Part shown: in pieces, positions 18,990 through 27,752 of the stretch | Layout: each line of letters starts with the position of its first letter | How positions within the stretch are numbered: the first letter of the stretch is position 1 | NCBI GenBank assembly: GCA_020725315.1 | Contig: DYFG01000001.1 | Coordinates: forward strand, 17,015-81,014 | Length of the DNA: 64,000 nucleotides | Direction of reading: 5' to 3' | DNA from: Nitrosotalea sp. | GTDB lineage: Archaea > Halobacteriota > Syntropharchaeia > Alkanophagales > Methanospirareceae | Notes under the pieces: model-generated | The model's database searches: none | Seen by the model: only the letters and a program-made list of their open reading frames with translations | What the model was told of the DNA's origin: nothing | Translations under genes and position numbers: made by a program

Positions 18990-21829
18990 TTCTTAACCGC
19001 TTCACGAATCTGTGCCAGCCGAGAATCACCAATTCCCTTAATCGAAAGAAGTTCTGCATCAGACGCTTGCGACACCTGAAAGATATGGGTGTAATTCCGC
19101 CCCAAAATCGTAATTACTTCTTCCGGCAGGTCTAGCTGGTCAATCTTTGCAGTATGAACGTCCTTCTGAGCAGACGGCTCTTTGAGAACTTCGTTAGTTG
19201 GCGCTATAGGGGCCTCTTCCTGTTTAATGGTAACTGTTTGTGCAGGTCTGTGAGGCTGCTCCTCTGCCAAAACCAAATCCGGCGAAGACGTGAGCCATTC
19301 TACATCTTCAGGAAATACATTAATGAGTGTATCAACCCCACCAATCCGATACGTAACCCCCCTGTGTGATCGAGAAGGAATACGCCGAAATTGTTTTTGC
19401 TTGCCTACATAACGTAGTGTAACCATCGAATCCCCCGATACTACAGACATAGTTTTAATAGTTGTACTTTTAGGAACAACCACAGTGGACTTCTTTCCAC
19501 CACAGCTTTTGCACATATCATTTCCTTTTAACACATCAGAAATTAAATTAGCAAATTTATTACGTACATATTGTACCAAAGATGATGATTTTTCAAAATT
19601 ATCCTCGCGCCGCATCCCGCTTTTCATGTTGTAGTAGAATAGTGGAGAGGCAATTCTTGTACCACAAATGCCCCTCTCCAACAGGGAAAGATGGAAAATC
19701 CAATCTTCCCAACCGGGAGCCTTTTGATCAAACCCCACTGCTTGCACATCTGCCGTTCTGTAAATGCCCGTAATAGCAGAAATGCTTTTACGAACTAGCC
19801 GTTCAGAACTCCACTCTTCAGACGGTTGTTTAACTAATGTGCCGTTATTATCTTTGTATAGCCAGTCAGAATAGTACCAACCACAATTACTCCCCTCTAT
19901 AGCAGCCAGGAAAATGTCTATTGCTTGTGGTTCTAATAGATCATCAGCATCCAAGAAAACAATATATTTCCCTCTTGCTGCCATAATCCCCTCATTACGA
20001 GCTTCGGCTACCCCACTGAGTTTGCCCTTATCAATAAGGGTCACAAAAGGAAACCCATTTAAATAATAGTCTAAAGGCTCTCCGGTATCATTAACAACTA
20101 TTACTTCCCATTCTTCATTGGTTTGGGCCAGCAGACTATCCAAAGCCCCCTGCAAATAAGGACCATGCTTAGGTCCAACAGGGATTACAACCGATACTTT
20201 TGGATCAGAGTAGGCGGCTATTGGATAGCCAAAACCTTCATACTCAGTTGCTCCGGCAGGCATCAGTAAATCATTCTTACGCCAGGGAAACCAAGCCGTC
20301 CAATCCTCTCCCTGATTACTGTTACTTAAAGACTCTCTACGAATCCTATACAACAAGGTAGGATTTGAAGTAACCTGCTTTGCAGTACAGTTATATGAAA
20401 GTGCCCTCGTCCAAAAATCCGCATCTTCTACCCCGGTTCTAATTCTCCGCCGATACCCCCCAACAATCTCCCATACCTTACGACGATACATACTAGAATA
20501 CATCAACTGGTTACGCCGATTTAGTTGTTGTCGCAGACTTGTAGTAGCAGGGGGCCATTGTGAAACAAATGTCTTTCCTGTTTCATCAAACACCTGCATA
20601 GCCCCATATGCAATAGAGAGGGAACGATCCTCGTCAAGTGCCTTAGAAAGAATTTTAACCGCACCAGGAGCAAGACGATCATCGGCGTCTAAGGGTAGAA
20701 TATATTTTCCTTTTGCTGCACGAATACCTATATTCCTGGCTTCTGCTACATGAACATTTTGTTCTAACGCAATTAAACGAATCTTATCTTTATAAGACTC
20801 TATAATTTCTAATGAGTTATCCGTAGAAGCATCATCCACTACAATCACTTCCCGATCCTCTTGTTCTAGAGCAGAATCAATAGCCTCTCCTACAAACTTT
20901 CCGAGGTTGTGATTGGTAATGATGATGGAAGTTTTGACTTCCGGTTTGTTGCTTATAGCTTCTTCGTACACAGTTCCATATTCTAAAGCAACGTCCTTCC
21001 ACTGATAACGATCTATAACTACCTGCCGAGCCGCTGCTCCTAGTCTTTCACGATGTTCGTAACAATATCTAATACCACGAATCATATCTCCGAAGGAGTC
21101 TGCTACATAGCCCGTTTCTTTGTGGACAATTACCTCAGCAGTTCCCCCATCATTCCATGTCAGTACAGGTACCCCACAAGCCATTGCTTCCAACACACCG
21201 AAACAAGGGCCACCTGTTTCTTTGGCAGTGGCGAGATAAACTGCTGCCCCTTGTACCAGCCTCTTCATTTCTTGTGGAGTCTGTTTGCCAACTACTTTAA
21301 CATTAGGGGCCTTATTTCCAAACGTAGTAACAAAAGTAGTTCCTGGAAAATGAGTTGCTAAGTCATTTACGATCTTTGGATCGCAAGCTATATCTGCCCT
21401 AGCTTTATTCCACAACACATAGCGCCCATTCTCTCCTGGTACCCACTCATCTGTATCTATGCCATGATGAACCAACCGAGGAGAGAATAAGAAATTCCTC
21501 TCTATGGCATACTGTACCCAACGAGAAGGGACCGTTACCAAGTCTGCCATACGGAAAGCATCAATGATACTTCTATTTAAATGTGCGGTCCACCTTGCCC
21601 ATCCCGGTTGATCTTTCGTCCAGTATAGTCCATGATTGCTTAGAACAATAGGAATATCTTTTGGATAAGAAGCTGGAAAGTTTGCTATATGAACATTTAG
21701 TACATCTGCTTTAAACGGATCATCAACTACCTCAATTCCCACACGCGGGAGCCAAGTGTGCTGTCCTTGTATGACACGATAAATACCGTCATTACCGTTC
21801 GGTATAGAGGGGGAAATATAAACCTTCAT
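18977..21829 (-). CDS. multi-domain glycosyltransferase: GT4-like N-domain, two GT2 domains, C-terminal HhH-like tail
   Basis: GT4 motif ETGGPCFGVLEAMACGVPVL. First GT2: IIITNHN..EVIVVDDASTDNS..LPLDADD. Second GT2: VSVVIPVG..EVIVVNDTGE..FLDADD. C-terminal LLSIKGIGDSRLAQI. Confidence 0.8.
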   Translation of the reverse strand: MKVYISPSIPNGNDGIYRVIQGQHTWLPRVGIEVVDDPFKADVLNVHIANFPASYPKDIPIVLSNHGLYWTKDQPGWARWTAHLNRSIIDAFRMADLVTVPSRWVQYAIERNFLFSPRLVHHGIDTDEWVPGENGRYVLWNKARADIACDPKIVNDLATHFPGTTFVTTFGNKAPNVKVVGKQTPQEMKRLVQGAAVYLATAKETGGPCFGVLEAMACGVPVLTWNDGGTAEVIVHKETGYVADSFGDMIRGIRYCYEHRERLGAAARQVVIDRYQWKDVALEYGTVYEEAISNKPEVKTSIIITNHNLGKFVGEAIDSALEQEDREVIVVDDASTDNSLEIIESYKDKIRLIALEQNVHVAEARNIGIRAAKGKYILPLDADDRLAPGAVKILSKALDEDRSLSIAYGAMQVFDETGKTFVSQWPPATTSLRQQLNRRNQLMYSSMYRRKVWEIVGGYRRRIRTGVEDADFWTRALSYNCTAKQVTSNPTLLYRIRRESLSNSNQGEDWTAWFPWRKNDLLMPAGATEYEGFGYPIAAYSDPKVSVVIPVGPKHGPYLQGALDSLLAQTNEEWEVIVVNDTGEPLDYYLNGFPFVTLIDKGKLSGVAEARNEGIMAARGKYIVFLDADDLLEPQAIDIFLAAIEGSNCGWYYSDWLYKDNNGTLVKQPSEEWSSERLVRKSISAITGIYRTADVQAVGFDQKAPGWEDWIFHLSLLERGICGTRIASPLFYYNMKSGMRREDNFEKSSSLVQYVRNKFANLISDVLKGNDMCKSCGGKKSTVVVPKSTTIKTMSVVSGDSMVTLRYVGKQKQFRRIPSRSHRGVTYRIGGVDTLINVFPEDVEWLTSSPDLVLAEEQPHRPAQTVTIKQEEAPIAPTNEVLKEPSAQKDVHTAKIDQLDLPEEVITILGRNYTHIFQVSQASDAELLSIKGIGDSRLAQIREAVKKWNR

Positions 21830-21831
21830 AG

Positions 21832-22518
21832 CTAGCCTACATCGGGAGCGACAGAGTTAAGCGAATAGTCCATACCTATGTTCTTAAAGGGAGAACATTG
21901 AAAATGAAAGGGCATATTACCAGGCCACAAGATTTCGGGTGCGTTATGCGTGTCGTTATACCGTTTGCACATTTCTAGTTCTTCTTCACCAGGAGAGACA
22001 CCTTCTTGATGGTATCCCACGCTGTTGTAAAACCGTTCATGCCGGAAAGAACACTGACCGGAATAGACATAGACACCTGATCCTTGTTCTAACTTTAGGT
22101 ATGTCATGCTACTATACCCAACAAACGACGCTTTCATATCCGTAGACAGGTATCCACAACGAATTATACCAACAGACGGCTGTGTTAACAAAGTGTCTAC
22201 ATAAGGATCAACATTAAGCGGCTCTACTAATACCCAATCATCTTCTGTCATAAAGACTATTGGCGAAACTAAAAACGCCTGCTTTAGTGCTAGGTTCTTC
22301 GATACACCCACCCCACGACGATTCGCATTTGTAACAATAACCCTCTCTTGTGTGTCTATCAAAGAGGTTAGCTGATCGACATACCCATCAGGACTACCAT
22401 CATCAGCAATAATCCATACCCGGTTCCCATATTTTAGGTTCTCTTTCAAAGAGAGCAAAGTTTGGGTAGCTGTGTGTAACCGATTATATGTTGTGATAAT
22501 AATGCTTAGAGGTTCCAT
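21832..22518 (-). CDS. family 2 glycosyltransferase
   Basis: SIIITTYNR ... WIIADDGSPDGY ... TEDD. Confidence 0.7.
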   Translation of the reverse strand: MEPLSIIITTYNRLHTATQTLLSLKENLKYGNRVWIIADDGSPDGYVDQLTSLIDTQERVIVTNANRRGVGVSKNLALKQAFLVSPIVFMTEDDWVLVEPLNVDPYVDTLLTQPSVGIIRCGYLSTDMKASFVGYSSMTYLKLEQGSGVYVYSGQCSFRHERFYNSVGYHQEGVSPGEEELEMCKRYNDTHNAPEILWPGNMPFHFQCSPFKNIGMDYSLNSVAPDVG

Positions 22519-24579
22519 CTATACTCCATATAAAGCGTGTGTCGTGTCCAACATCTCTAGCAGTTCTTTGGCAGACAAAAACCTGCTAGGTTTGTCGCTG
22601 GTATACGAAAACGGCGCACTCTCGTTCCTAAATGAAGACGTGGGTGGGTGGATAAGATAGAAATTACCCTTATCTTCTGTATAAAAGGATTCCGCCTCGC
22701 TAACCATTCCTTCATGGATTTTTTCGCCAGGACGCAAACCTATATCCACTATTGCTAAATCTTGTGCGAACTCCTTAGCAAAATCAATCATTAAAATACT
22801 AGGAGCCTTTGGAACCAATATAACTCCCGGCTCGGTTTGTAGGGACATAAGGACTTGATTAATGGCTTCATCTATTGACAGAAAGAAACGAGTCATACGA
22901 CGATCTGTGATTGTAATCGGTCCACCAACCTTAGCCTGATGTTCCCACAAAACTGCCACAGACTGATTAGAAGCCAGCACGTTACCATAACGAGTAATAT
23001 GGAAACTGGTAGCTCCATACTTATTAGCATCTTGAAACACATACTCTACCATCTTCTTGCCAACACCATAGGCGTTTTCAGGCGAACAATTATGTACTAC
23101 CACACTACCCGACACAAAAGTATGCGTATCTTCTACGTCAATACAATATACATCTCTTGATGGAGCTTTATATTCATTAAGAATGGGAGTATCTATATAA
23201 CGTTCTGCTGTTCCTAAATCCCAAAAAGTAGGATCGTAATCTATATAGTCAATTTTATTAGACATTTCAGGCAATATTCCTGGTCTAATAAAATTGAATA
23301 GAGATTGAGTACCCTCAACAGTAAATCTAAGTTCAGGATAATATTTTCCGGCTACTTTAACTAATAAATAATTACACTCAAATCCCCTGTTTGTTAAAAA
23401 CTCACATAACCAAATAACTTCTTCCTCAGTAAACCCATGAGTAGCTAGACGCGCAGATGGTCTAGAGTTCCCCCCGTTATTATGACTAATACATCCATCA
23501 TCCATAAACCAAGCTGCCATAAGATAGGGAGAAAAATATTTTTCTAGTAAATGCTTGGGAACTATTTTCGCTTTATCCGAATAAAATGCCTCTCTTAGGT
23601 TTCCTAGTGTTGCATAGGCTCTGGAAGAGGATTTACAGAAATTATTTTTTCCCTTTTTACTTCTCGTTTTAATTTCGCTAAAAGTAAACCCCCGCAGGGC
23701 TGCTGTTTTCGTTTCTAGCCACTGTCGTTGTCTCTCCGAATGACCAATAGTCAGCCGACTGCGGCGACTTTGTGTTAGGCTGCTATCGCCTAATAAAGTA
23801 CCTACAAGTAGTCCATACTGTTTAAAGTTTGGTTCTGGTTCATTAGTTATTATAAAATGATTGTCTGTTAAACTACCGGCAGGAATCCATCCTTTGGTTG
23901 TCAGAATAAGATGATCTTCTGTAACTATAGTACCAGACAACTTACCCACATGCAGATATGCTCTACGGTAAGTAAGTCTATATCTTTTCCTGCCATCCAA
24001 TTTATTTTTGTACCACCCCACCACTCGCCCTAACTTCTGTTCCCCCGTATTAGGATCAATAGTAACTACTTCGCCATCATAACGTTCTTTAACCAACTCG
24101 CCTATTGGCTTAGAGGTTCCGTCTGCCAACAAAACCCTAGCGTGCCAATCAAGACAGGCTTTGTCGGTGCTTGTCGTAACGACCTGAGACACTCCCATAT
24201 CAATTGCGGCCTCAACAACCTGCTGAGAACCGTAGATATTTGTTTCTATCGTAGCAGCAATGTTGTTTTGAGCAGAGGGTACCTGTTTATAGGCAGCAAA
24301 GTGCATTACTATGTCAACACCGCGCATGGCCCGTTTGAGATCATTATAACGAGTTATGTCTCCCAACACATATTGGTGTTCAGGAAACTTTTGACGAAGG
24401 ATGCTTTGCTTTGTTTCGTCACGCGAAAAAATTACAAACTCTGCTCCCCAAGAATTTCGTCGGGCGCGAGTAAGCACAGCCTTTCCGAGAGTACCCGTTC
24501 CGCCAGTAATTAGTATTTTTTTACCTTCCAACATCTTCCCGTAAGGATCAGAATTTGTTATCCAGGTTTCCATCATCAT
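22519..24579 (-). CDS. NAD-dependent NDP-sugar 4,6-dehydratase/epimerase (CapD/PseB-like) interrupted by an intein
   Basis: Rossmann motif ILITGGTGTLGKAV. Catalytic region STDKA then intein then CSPENAYGVGKK, corresponding to STDKAxNPxNxYGxTK. 686 aa in total, of which 356 aa is intein. Confidence 0.75.
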   Translation of the reverse strand: MMMETWITNSDPYGKMLEGKKILITGGTGTLGKAVLTRARRNSWGAEFVIFSRDETKQSILRQKFPEHQYVLGDITRYNDLKRAMRGVDIVMHFAAYKQVPSAQNNIAATIETNIYGSQQVVEAAIDMGVSQVVTTSTDKACLDWHARVLLADGTSKPIGELVKERYDGEVVTIDPNTGEQKLGRVVGWYKNKLDGRKRYRLTYRRAYLHVGKLSGTIVTEDHLILTTKGWIPAGSLTDNHFIITNEPEPNFKQYGLLVGTLLGDSSLTQSRRSRLTIGHSERQRQWLETKTAALRGFTFSEIKTRSKKGKNNFCKSSSRAYATLGNLREAFYSDKAKIVPKHLLEKYFSPYLMAAWFMDDGCISHNNGGNSRPSARLATHGFTEEEVIWLCEFLTNRGFECNYLLVKVAGKYYPELRFTVEGTQSLFNFIRPGILPEMSNKIDYIDYDPTFWDLGTAERYIDTPILNEYKAPSRDVYCIDVEDTHTFVSGSVVVHNCSPENAYGVGKKMVEYVFQDANKYGATSFHITRYGNVLASNQSVAVLWEHQAKVGGPITITDRRMTRFFLSIDEAINQVLMSLQTEPGVILVPKAPSILMIDFAKEFAQDLAIVDIGLRPGEKIHEGMVSEAESFYTEDKGNFYLIHPPTSSFRNESAPFSYTSDKPSRFLSAKELLEMLDTTHALYGV
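23089..24156 (-). mobile_element. intein with LAGLIDADG homing endonuclease inside the dehydratase gene
   Basis: Starts CLDWHARVLLADG (block A) and ends VVVHN followed by +1 Cys. LAGLIDADG-type motifs LLVGTLLGDSSL and LMAAWFMDDGCIS. Confidence 0.6.
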
Positions 24580-24648
24580 TCCTTATACAACAAAAGGGGT
24601 TACTGTAATAATAGTATCACAGTAACCCAATCTTGTCAAGTATTTATT

Positions 24649-25833
24649 TTATTGTCCGTGAGTCCAGGTAGTATATCCCATCCCCTTACCTGGGGGGCCT
24701 ATCGTAGTCTCAAAATCTGTACCTGCGTAGTAGTTCACTACATAAGGAATCCACATATCATCCCCACTTACAGGGAACTTGAACACTGGATCGTTTTGGC
24801 TAGCCTCTCCCAAACCATACACCATATTAAGTGCGCGAACAATTGCATTATCTCCTGCGTCAAAAGGCAACAAACCTGCTCGATGAAGAATGACAGCGGT
24901 TACAACAAGTCCTTGCAAACCTTCATGCATGTAACCGGACTTTGTGGGGGGCCATTTAAATTCCCCTCCCCTTCGCCAGTCTTCGGGCAAGACTCCACTC
25001 ACAGAAACGCCGTTGATAGTAGAGCCTTTTCGGTTTATTCCTGCCTTATTATCAGGATCAGCGTGCCACGTTGTGTTATCGTATTTAAATTTAGGATCGG
25101 GCACAGGCAGCCCTATCATTTCCTTTTGTGCATTAACCACGTCTTCTTTCCAATCGTCACGATCTAAATAGATAGCGGCAGCAGCCAAACTTGCCCTTGC
25201 ATGTGCTCCCCAATTAGTCGCAGAATACAGGGCAGTTCCATACAACCCACTATCCCCTGGGGCAGAATGGTCAGGAATACCTGCTACAACTACTTCAGCC
25301 AACCACTCTTTAAAATCTGACTCAGTATACCCTATCAGATCAGCCGCTATTACGTAAGACTGCAATCCTCTAGACAGTTCCAACGAGCGATCAAGGCTGC
25401 TTTGCATAGCGGATCGCAAACCTTCTACAACCTTGTTTCGCATATTAGCATCTTCTAGACGAACGGCTACCAAAGCGCCTGCCAGAGTCTTTACATCGTG
25501 CTGACTATTATTATCCGCTAAATCAGCCCTTCCCCAATTGCTGTTAGCGGCCTCAAGAACCTGTTCCCAAGCTTTGCCCTCTGTAGGAAGCGCCATAATT
25601 TCTTCGGTAGACAACCAAATTCCCTCAGAAGTACCAGGAACTTCCGGTTCTTCGTCAGGCGGTTCTTCGTCAGGCGGAAGTTCTGGAATCTCATTCAACA
25701 CATCTTCAATTGCAGTTACCCGATCTTCCAACCCCCTAACAGACGACTCTATTCTAGTTAGCGCCGCATCAATCTCGTCTAGCAAACTATTAATACGTTC
25801 AAATTCTTCTTCAGGAATTTCGAACAGTCCCAT
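24649..25833 (-). CDS. putative polysaccharide lyase / glycan-modifying enzyme. N-terminal coiled coil and acidic PPDEEP repeat (start probably ATG at 25833, MGLFEIP)
   Basis: 394 aa from the internal start, which has GGGAG 9 nt upstream. The C-terminal domain has a weak alginate-lyase or heparinase-like look. Low certainty. Confidence 0.3.
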   Translation of the reverse strand: MGLFEIPEEEFERINSLLDEIDAALTRIESSVRGLEDRVTAIEDVLNEIPELPPDEEPPDEEPEVPGTSEGIWLSTEEIMALPTEGKAWEQVLEAANSNWGRADLADNNSQHDVKTLAGALVAVRLEDANMRNKVVEGLRSAMQSSLDRSLELSRGLQSYVIAADLIGYTESDFKEWLAEVVVAGIPDHSAPGDSGLYGTALYSATNWGAHARASLAAAAIYLDRDDWKEDVVNAQKEMIGLPVPDPKFKYDNTTWHADPDNKAGINRKGSTINGVSVSGVLPEDWRRGGEFKWPPTKSGYMHEGLQGLVVTAVILHRAGLLPFDAGDNAIVRALNMVYGLGEASQNDPVFKFPVSGDDMWIPYVVNYYAGTDFETTIGPPGKGMGYTTWTHGQ

Positions 25834-25907
25834 TACACAATCTCCCACAATCCCTACTACCAACAATATATACATTATATCAAAAGTATCGCAGGCACTA
25901 AAGACTC

Positions 25908-25936
25908 TTGACAAATCCTAATTTTGCGCTTATAAT
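25908..25936 (+). promoter_or_regulatory. consensus sigma70-type promoter, TTGACA-17 nt-TATAAT, driving the + strand moron operon
   Basis: TTGACA at 25908-25913, 17-nt spacer, TATAAT at 25931-25936. RBS AAGGAACGGG and ATG at 25960 follow. An AGACTC extension precedes the -35. Confidence 0.55.
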
Positions 25937-25959
25937 TAAGTGAAATAAGGAACGGGAAG

Positions 25960-26154
25960 ATGACAGCTAAACAGTTTTTATATGTGTTTATTGTTTTGCT
26001 TTTGATCATAGCGTTTTTAGTGGGCATTACTGATGTTATTTTTGCTATTCTAGGATTCATGTTTGGCGGTGCTTTTATTATTTTAGACAGACAAGAAAAG
26101 ATATGGGTTATGCGAATCAACACAGATGTTCACGAAAGGGGTAACGATGATTGA
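25960..26154 (+). CDS. small hydrophobic membrane protein (2 TM)
   Basis: 64 aa, FLYVFIVLLLIIAFLVGITDVIFAILGFMFGGAFIIL. AT-rich like the phage backbone. Confidence 0.4.
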   Translation: MTAKQFLYVFIVLLLIIAFLVGITDVIFAILGFMFGGAFIILDRQEKIWVMRINTDVHERGNDD

Positions 26155-26515
26155 CCAGTTGGAATGTCCCGTAGCAGCCCCCAAGCTGCTCAAGGCGAAA
26201 TCAACTGTCGTGCTTTGCTCCAACTGCAAAGCGTGGATCACTCGCTATCCGACTTTTCTCGGATATGACGACATGGATCACTGTGAGCGATGCGGTTGCA
26301 CCAGCGTCATTATGCGCGAGGGCCGTCCCTATGGTCCGAAATCGGGCTTGTGGGATTGGATCGTCGCTGAGTTTCGCGAAGTGTTCTCCCACCTCGACAC
26401 GTGGGAGTTCGAGTCCGTTATCTGTGATCCGCCAATCGAGTCGCTCGACTGGAAGGCCATTGACGACTGGTTCAATGAAAACGACTTCCACCGTGCGCCT
26501 AGAACAGTGGAATAG
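26126..26515 (+). CDS. hypothetical Cys/His-containing protein (GC-rich island; start possibly ATG at 26147)
   Basis: 129-aa ORF with CPV ... CSNC ... HCERCGC. GC is clearly above backbone. Confidence 0.4.
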   Translation: MFTKGVTMIDQLECPVAAPKLLKAKSTVVLCSNCKAWITRYPTFLGYDDMDHCERCGCTSVIMREGRPYGPKSGLWDWIVAEFREVFSHLDTWEFESVICDPPIESLDWKAIDDWFNENDFHRAPRTVE

Positions 26516-26518
26516 GTT

Positions 26519-26770
26519 ATGCGAATAGGGGAACACGAAATGAACGCAGCAGAAATTGAACAAAAGCTTGAGCAGTTAGAGCGCAAGCTTGCCCAAGCAG
26601 AGTCGGAACAAGAGAAACTAATCTCCATCATCATGCAAGAAACGGATGTATGCCTGTTTGGTGGCGGCGCTATGCGGGACGGACTCCCCCGCCGCAACAG
26701 TTGCCGCTTTGGGCATCCAGGCTGTGCGTGCGCTGATTGGATTGACGCGCACCGACCAGATAACGTATGA
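26519..26770 (+). CDS. hypothetical coiled-coil protein (GC-rich island)
   Basis: 83 aa, AEIEQKLEQLERKLAQAESEQEKL. Confidence 0.3.
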   Translation: MRIGEHEMNAAEIEQKLEQLERKLAQAESEQEKLISIIMQETDVCLFGGGAMRDGLPRRNSCRFGHPGCACADWIDAHRPDNV

Positions 26771-26807
26771 GAAGGCAGCTACCGGAAATCTATAGGAGAT
26801 GTGGTTA

Positions 26808-27068
26808 ATGCCCACCCTTTACTACCATCCCCGCCGAGGGGGAAAGGCGACGAAAGTGGCAGCAAACAGACTGGCAGTATTGGACACCATTCGAGAGCGC
26901 ACAGAAGCAGAGACACCGCCGGAATGGATCAAGCCGCTGCTGATCATTGAGGCGCTGGTGACTGAGATTGACGCGCTCAAATCTGAGATCGAACTGCTGC
27001 GTGCCGAACTGGGCAACCGTCCCGCCGAGGGCGCCAAGCCTGCGGACGTGTGGCCTGACCGCTGGTAG
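26808..27068 (+). CDS. hypothetical protein (GC-rich island; start taken at the ATG 9 nt after RBS TAGGAGA)
   Basis: 86 aa with C-terminal coiled coil EIDALKSEIELLRAEL. Confidence 0.35.
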   Translation: MPTLYYHPRRGGKATKVAANRLAVLDTIRERTEAETPPEWIKPLLIIEALVTEIDALKSEIELLRAELGNRPAEGAKPADVWPDRW

Positions 27069-27119
27069 CCGCATCTGTGCACAGTTCACACACAGCGCCC
27101 CGGTGTGTGCCGGGGCGCG
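27069..27119 (+). repeat. copy 1 of a repeated roughly 50-nt element: CCGCATCTGTGCACAGTT plus GC-rich hairpin
   Basis: Palindromic core CTGTGCACAG, then a 9-bp stem GCGCCCCGG/CCGGGGCGC at 27095-27118. It abuts the stop codon of the preceding ORF. Confidence 0.45.
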
Positions 27120-27146
27120 TCACTTATCAGAATAGGAGTACTAAAC

Positions 27147-27644
27147 ATGAAAGGACTGGAGATGAAAAAGTACCAGCTTCGGCGGGCAATTCGGCAGACC
27201 TGCATTCTTTCGCCACCGCCGCCCCACAGCGAAACGGAGAAATACGACGCTTGGACGCTAGGGCGGCTGATCGACTACACAGCGAAGGAACTTGAGAAGC
27301 AGTTGCCCGCCTACGTCCGCAAGATGGAGTCGGTTGCTCATCCCGATCCGTCTCGCCCGCTGGTTGTCATGCCGCGAACTACATCCGCCATCCCGCTCAC
27401 CGCCGACGGATCGCCTGCCTTTCCCGAACCAGAACGGATACGCCGATACGACACGGTGCTGCCGAAACGGTTTGTTGTACGCTCCGGGGATGGCCCGGCG
27501 CTCAATGTCTTCATCGGCTATTCATCGCTCATGGAGACGGTCTACTTCTTTCGCGTCAAACGGTTACTCGACGAGGCGACGATCCGCCGCCCAACATGGA
27601 AGGGGCGCAAAACACCCCTCAACCGCGAACTGCCCTACGCCTGA
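27147..27644 (+). CDS. hypothetical protein (GC-rich island)
   Basis: About 165 aa from the ATG at 27147 (RBS AGGAG). No motifs. Confidence 0.4.
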   Translation: MKGLEMKKYQLRRAIRQTCILSPPPPHSETEKYDAWTLGRLIDYTAKELEKQLPAYVRKMESVAHPDPSRPLVVMPRTTSAIPLTADGSPAFPEPERIRRYDTVLPKRFVVRSGDGPALNVFIGYSSLMETVYFFRVKRLLDEATIRRPTWKGRKTPLNRELPYA

Positions 27645-27697
27645 CCGCATCTGTAAACAGTTGCCAGATAGAGCGCCCCAACCGGGGCGCTTTTTGC
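27645..27697 (+). terminator. copy 2 of the repeated element (CCGCATCTGTAAACAGTT) plus a rho-independent terminator
   Basis: Stem AGCGCCCC (27672-27679), loop AACC, GGGGCGCT, then TTTTT at 27691-27695. Confidence 0.55.
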
Positions 27698-27752
27698 TTA
27701 TGCGAATCGACCGTTGCAAAACCCACCAGTCTCTTATGAGTGATGTCATCAG

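Noticed and set aside
26395-26425. GGGAGTTCGAGTCC resembling a tRNA T-arm/T-loop.
   Set aside because: The flanking sequence does not form the complementary T-stem (CCGTT follows instead of CTCCC), and there is no acceptor or anticodon arm. It is inside a coding ORF.
26329-27089. Several minus-strand ORFs (94-122 aa) overlapping the + strand moron genes.
   Set aside because: GC-rich-region artefacts. The + strand ORFs have RBSs, a shared promoter and a terminator.
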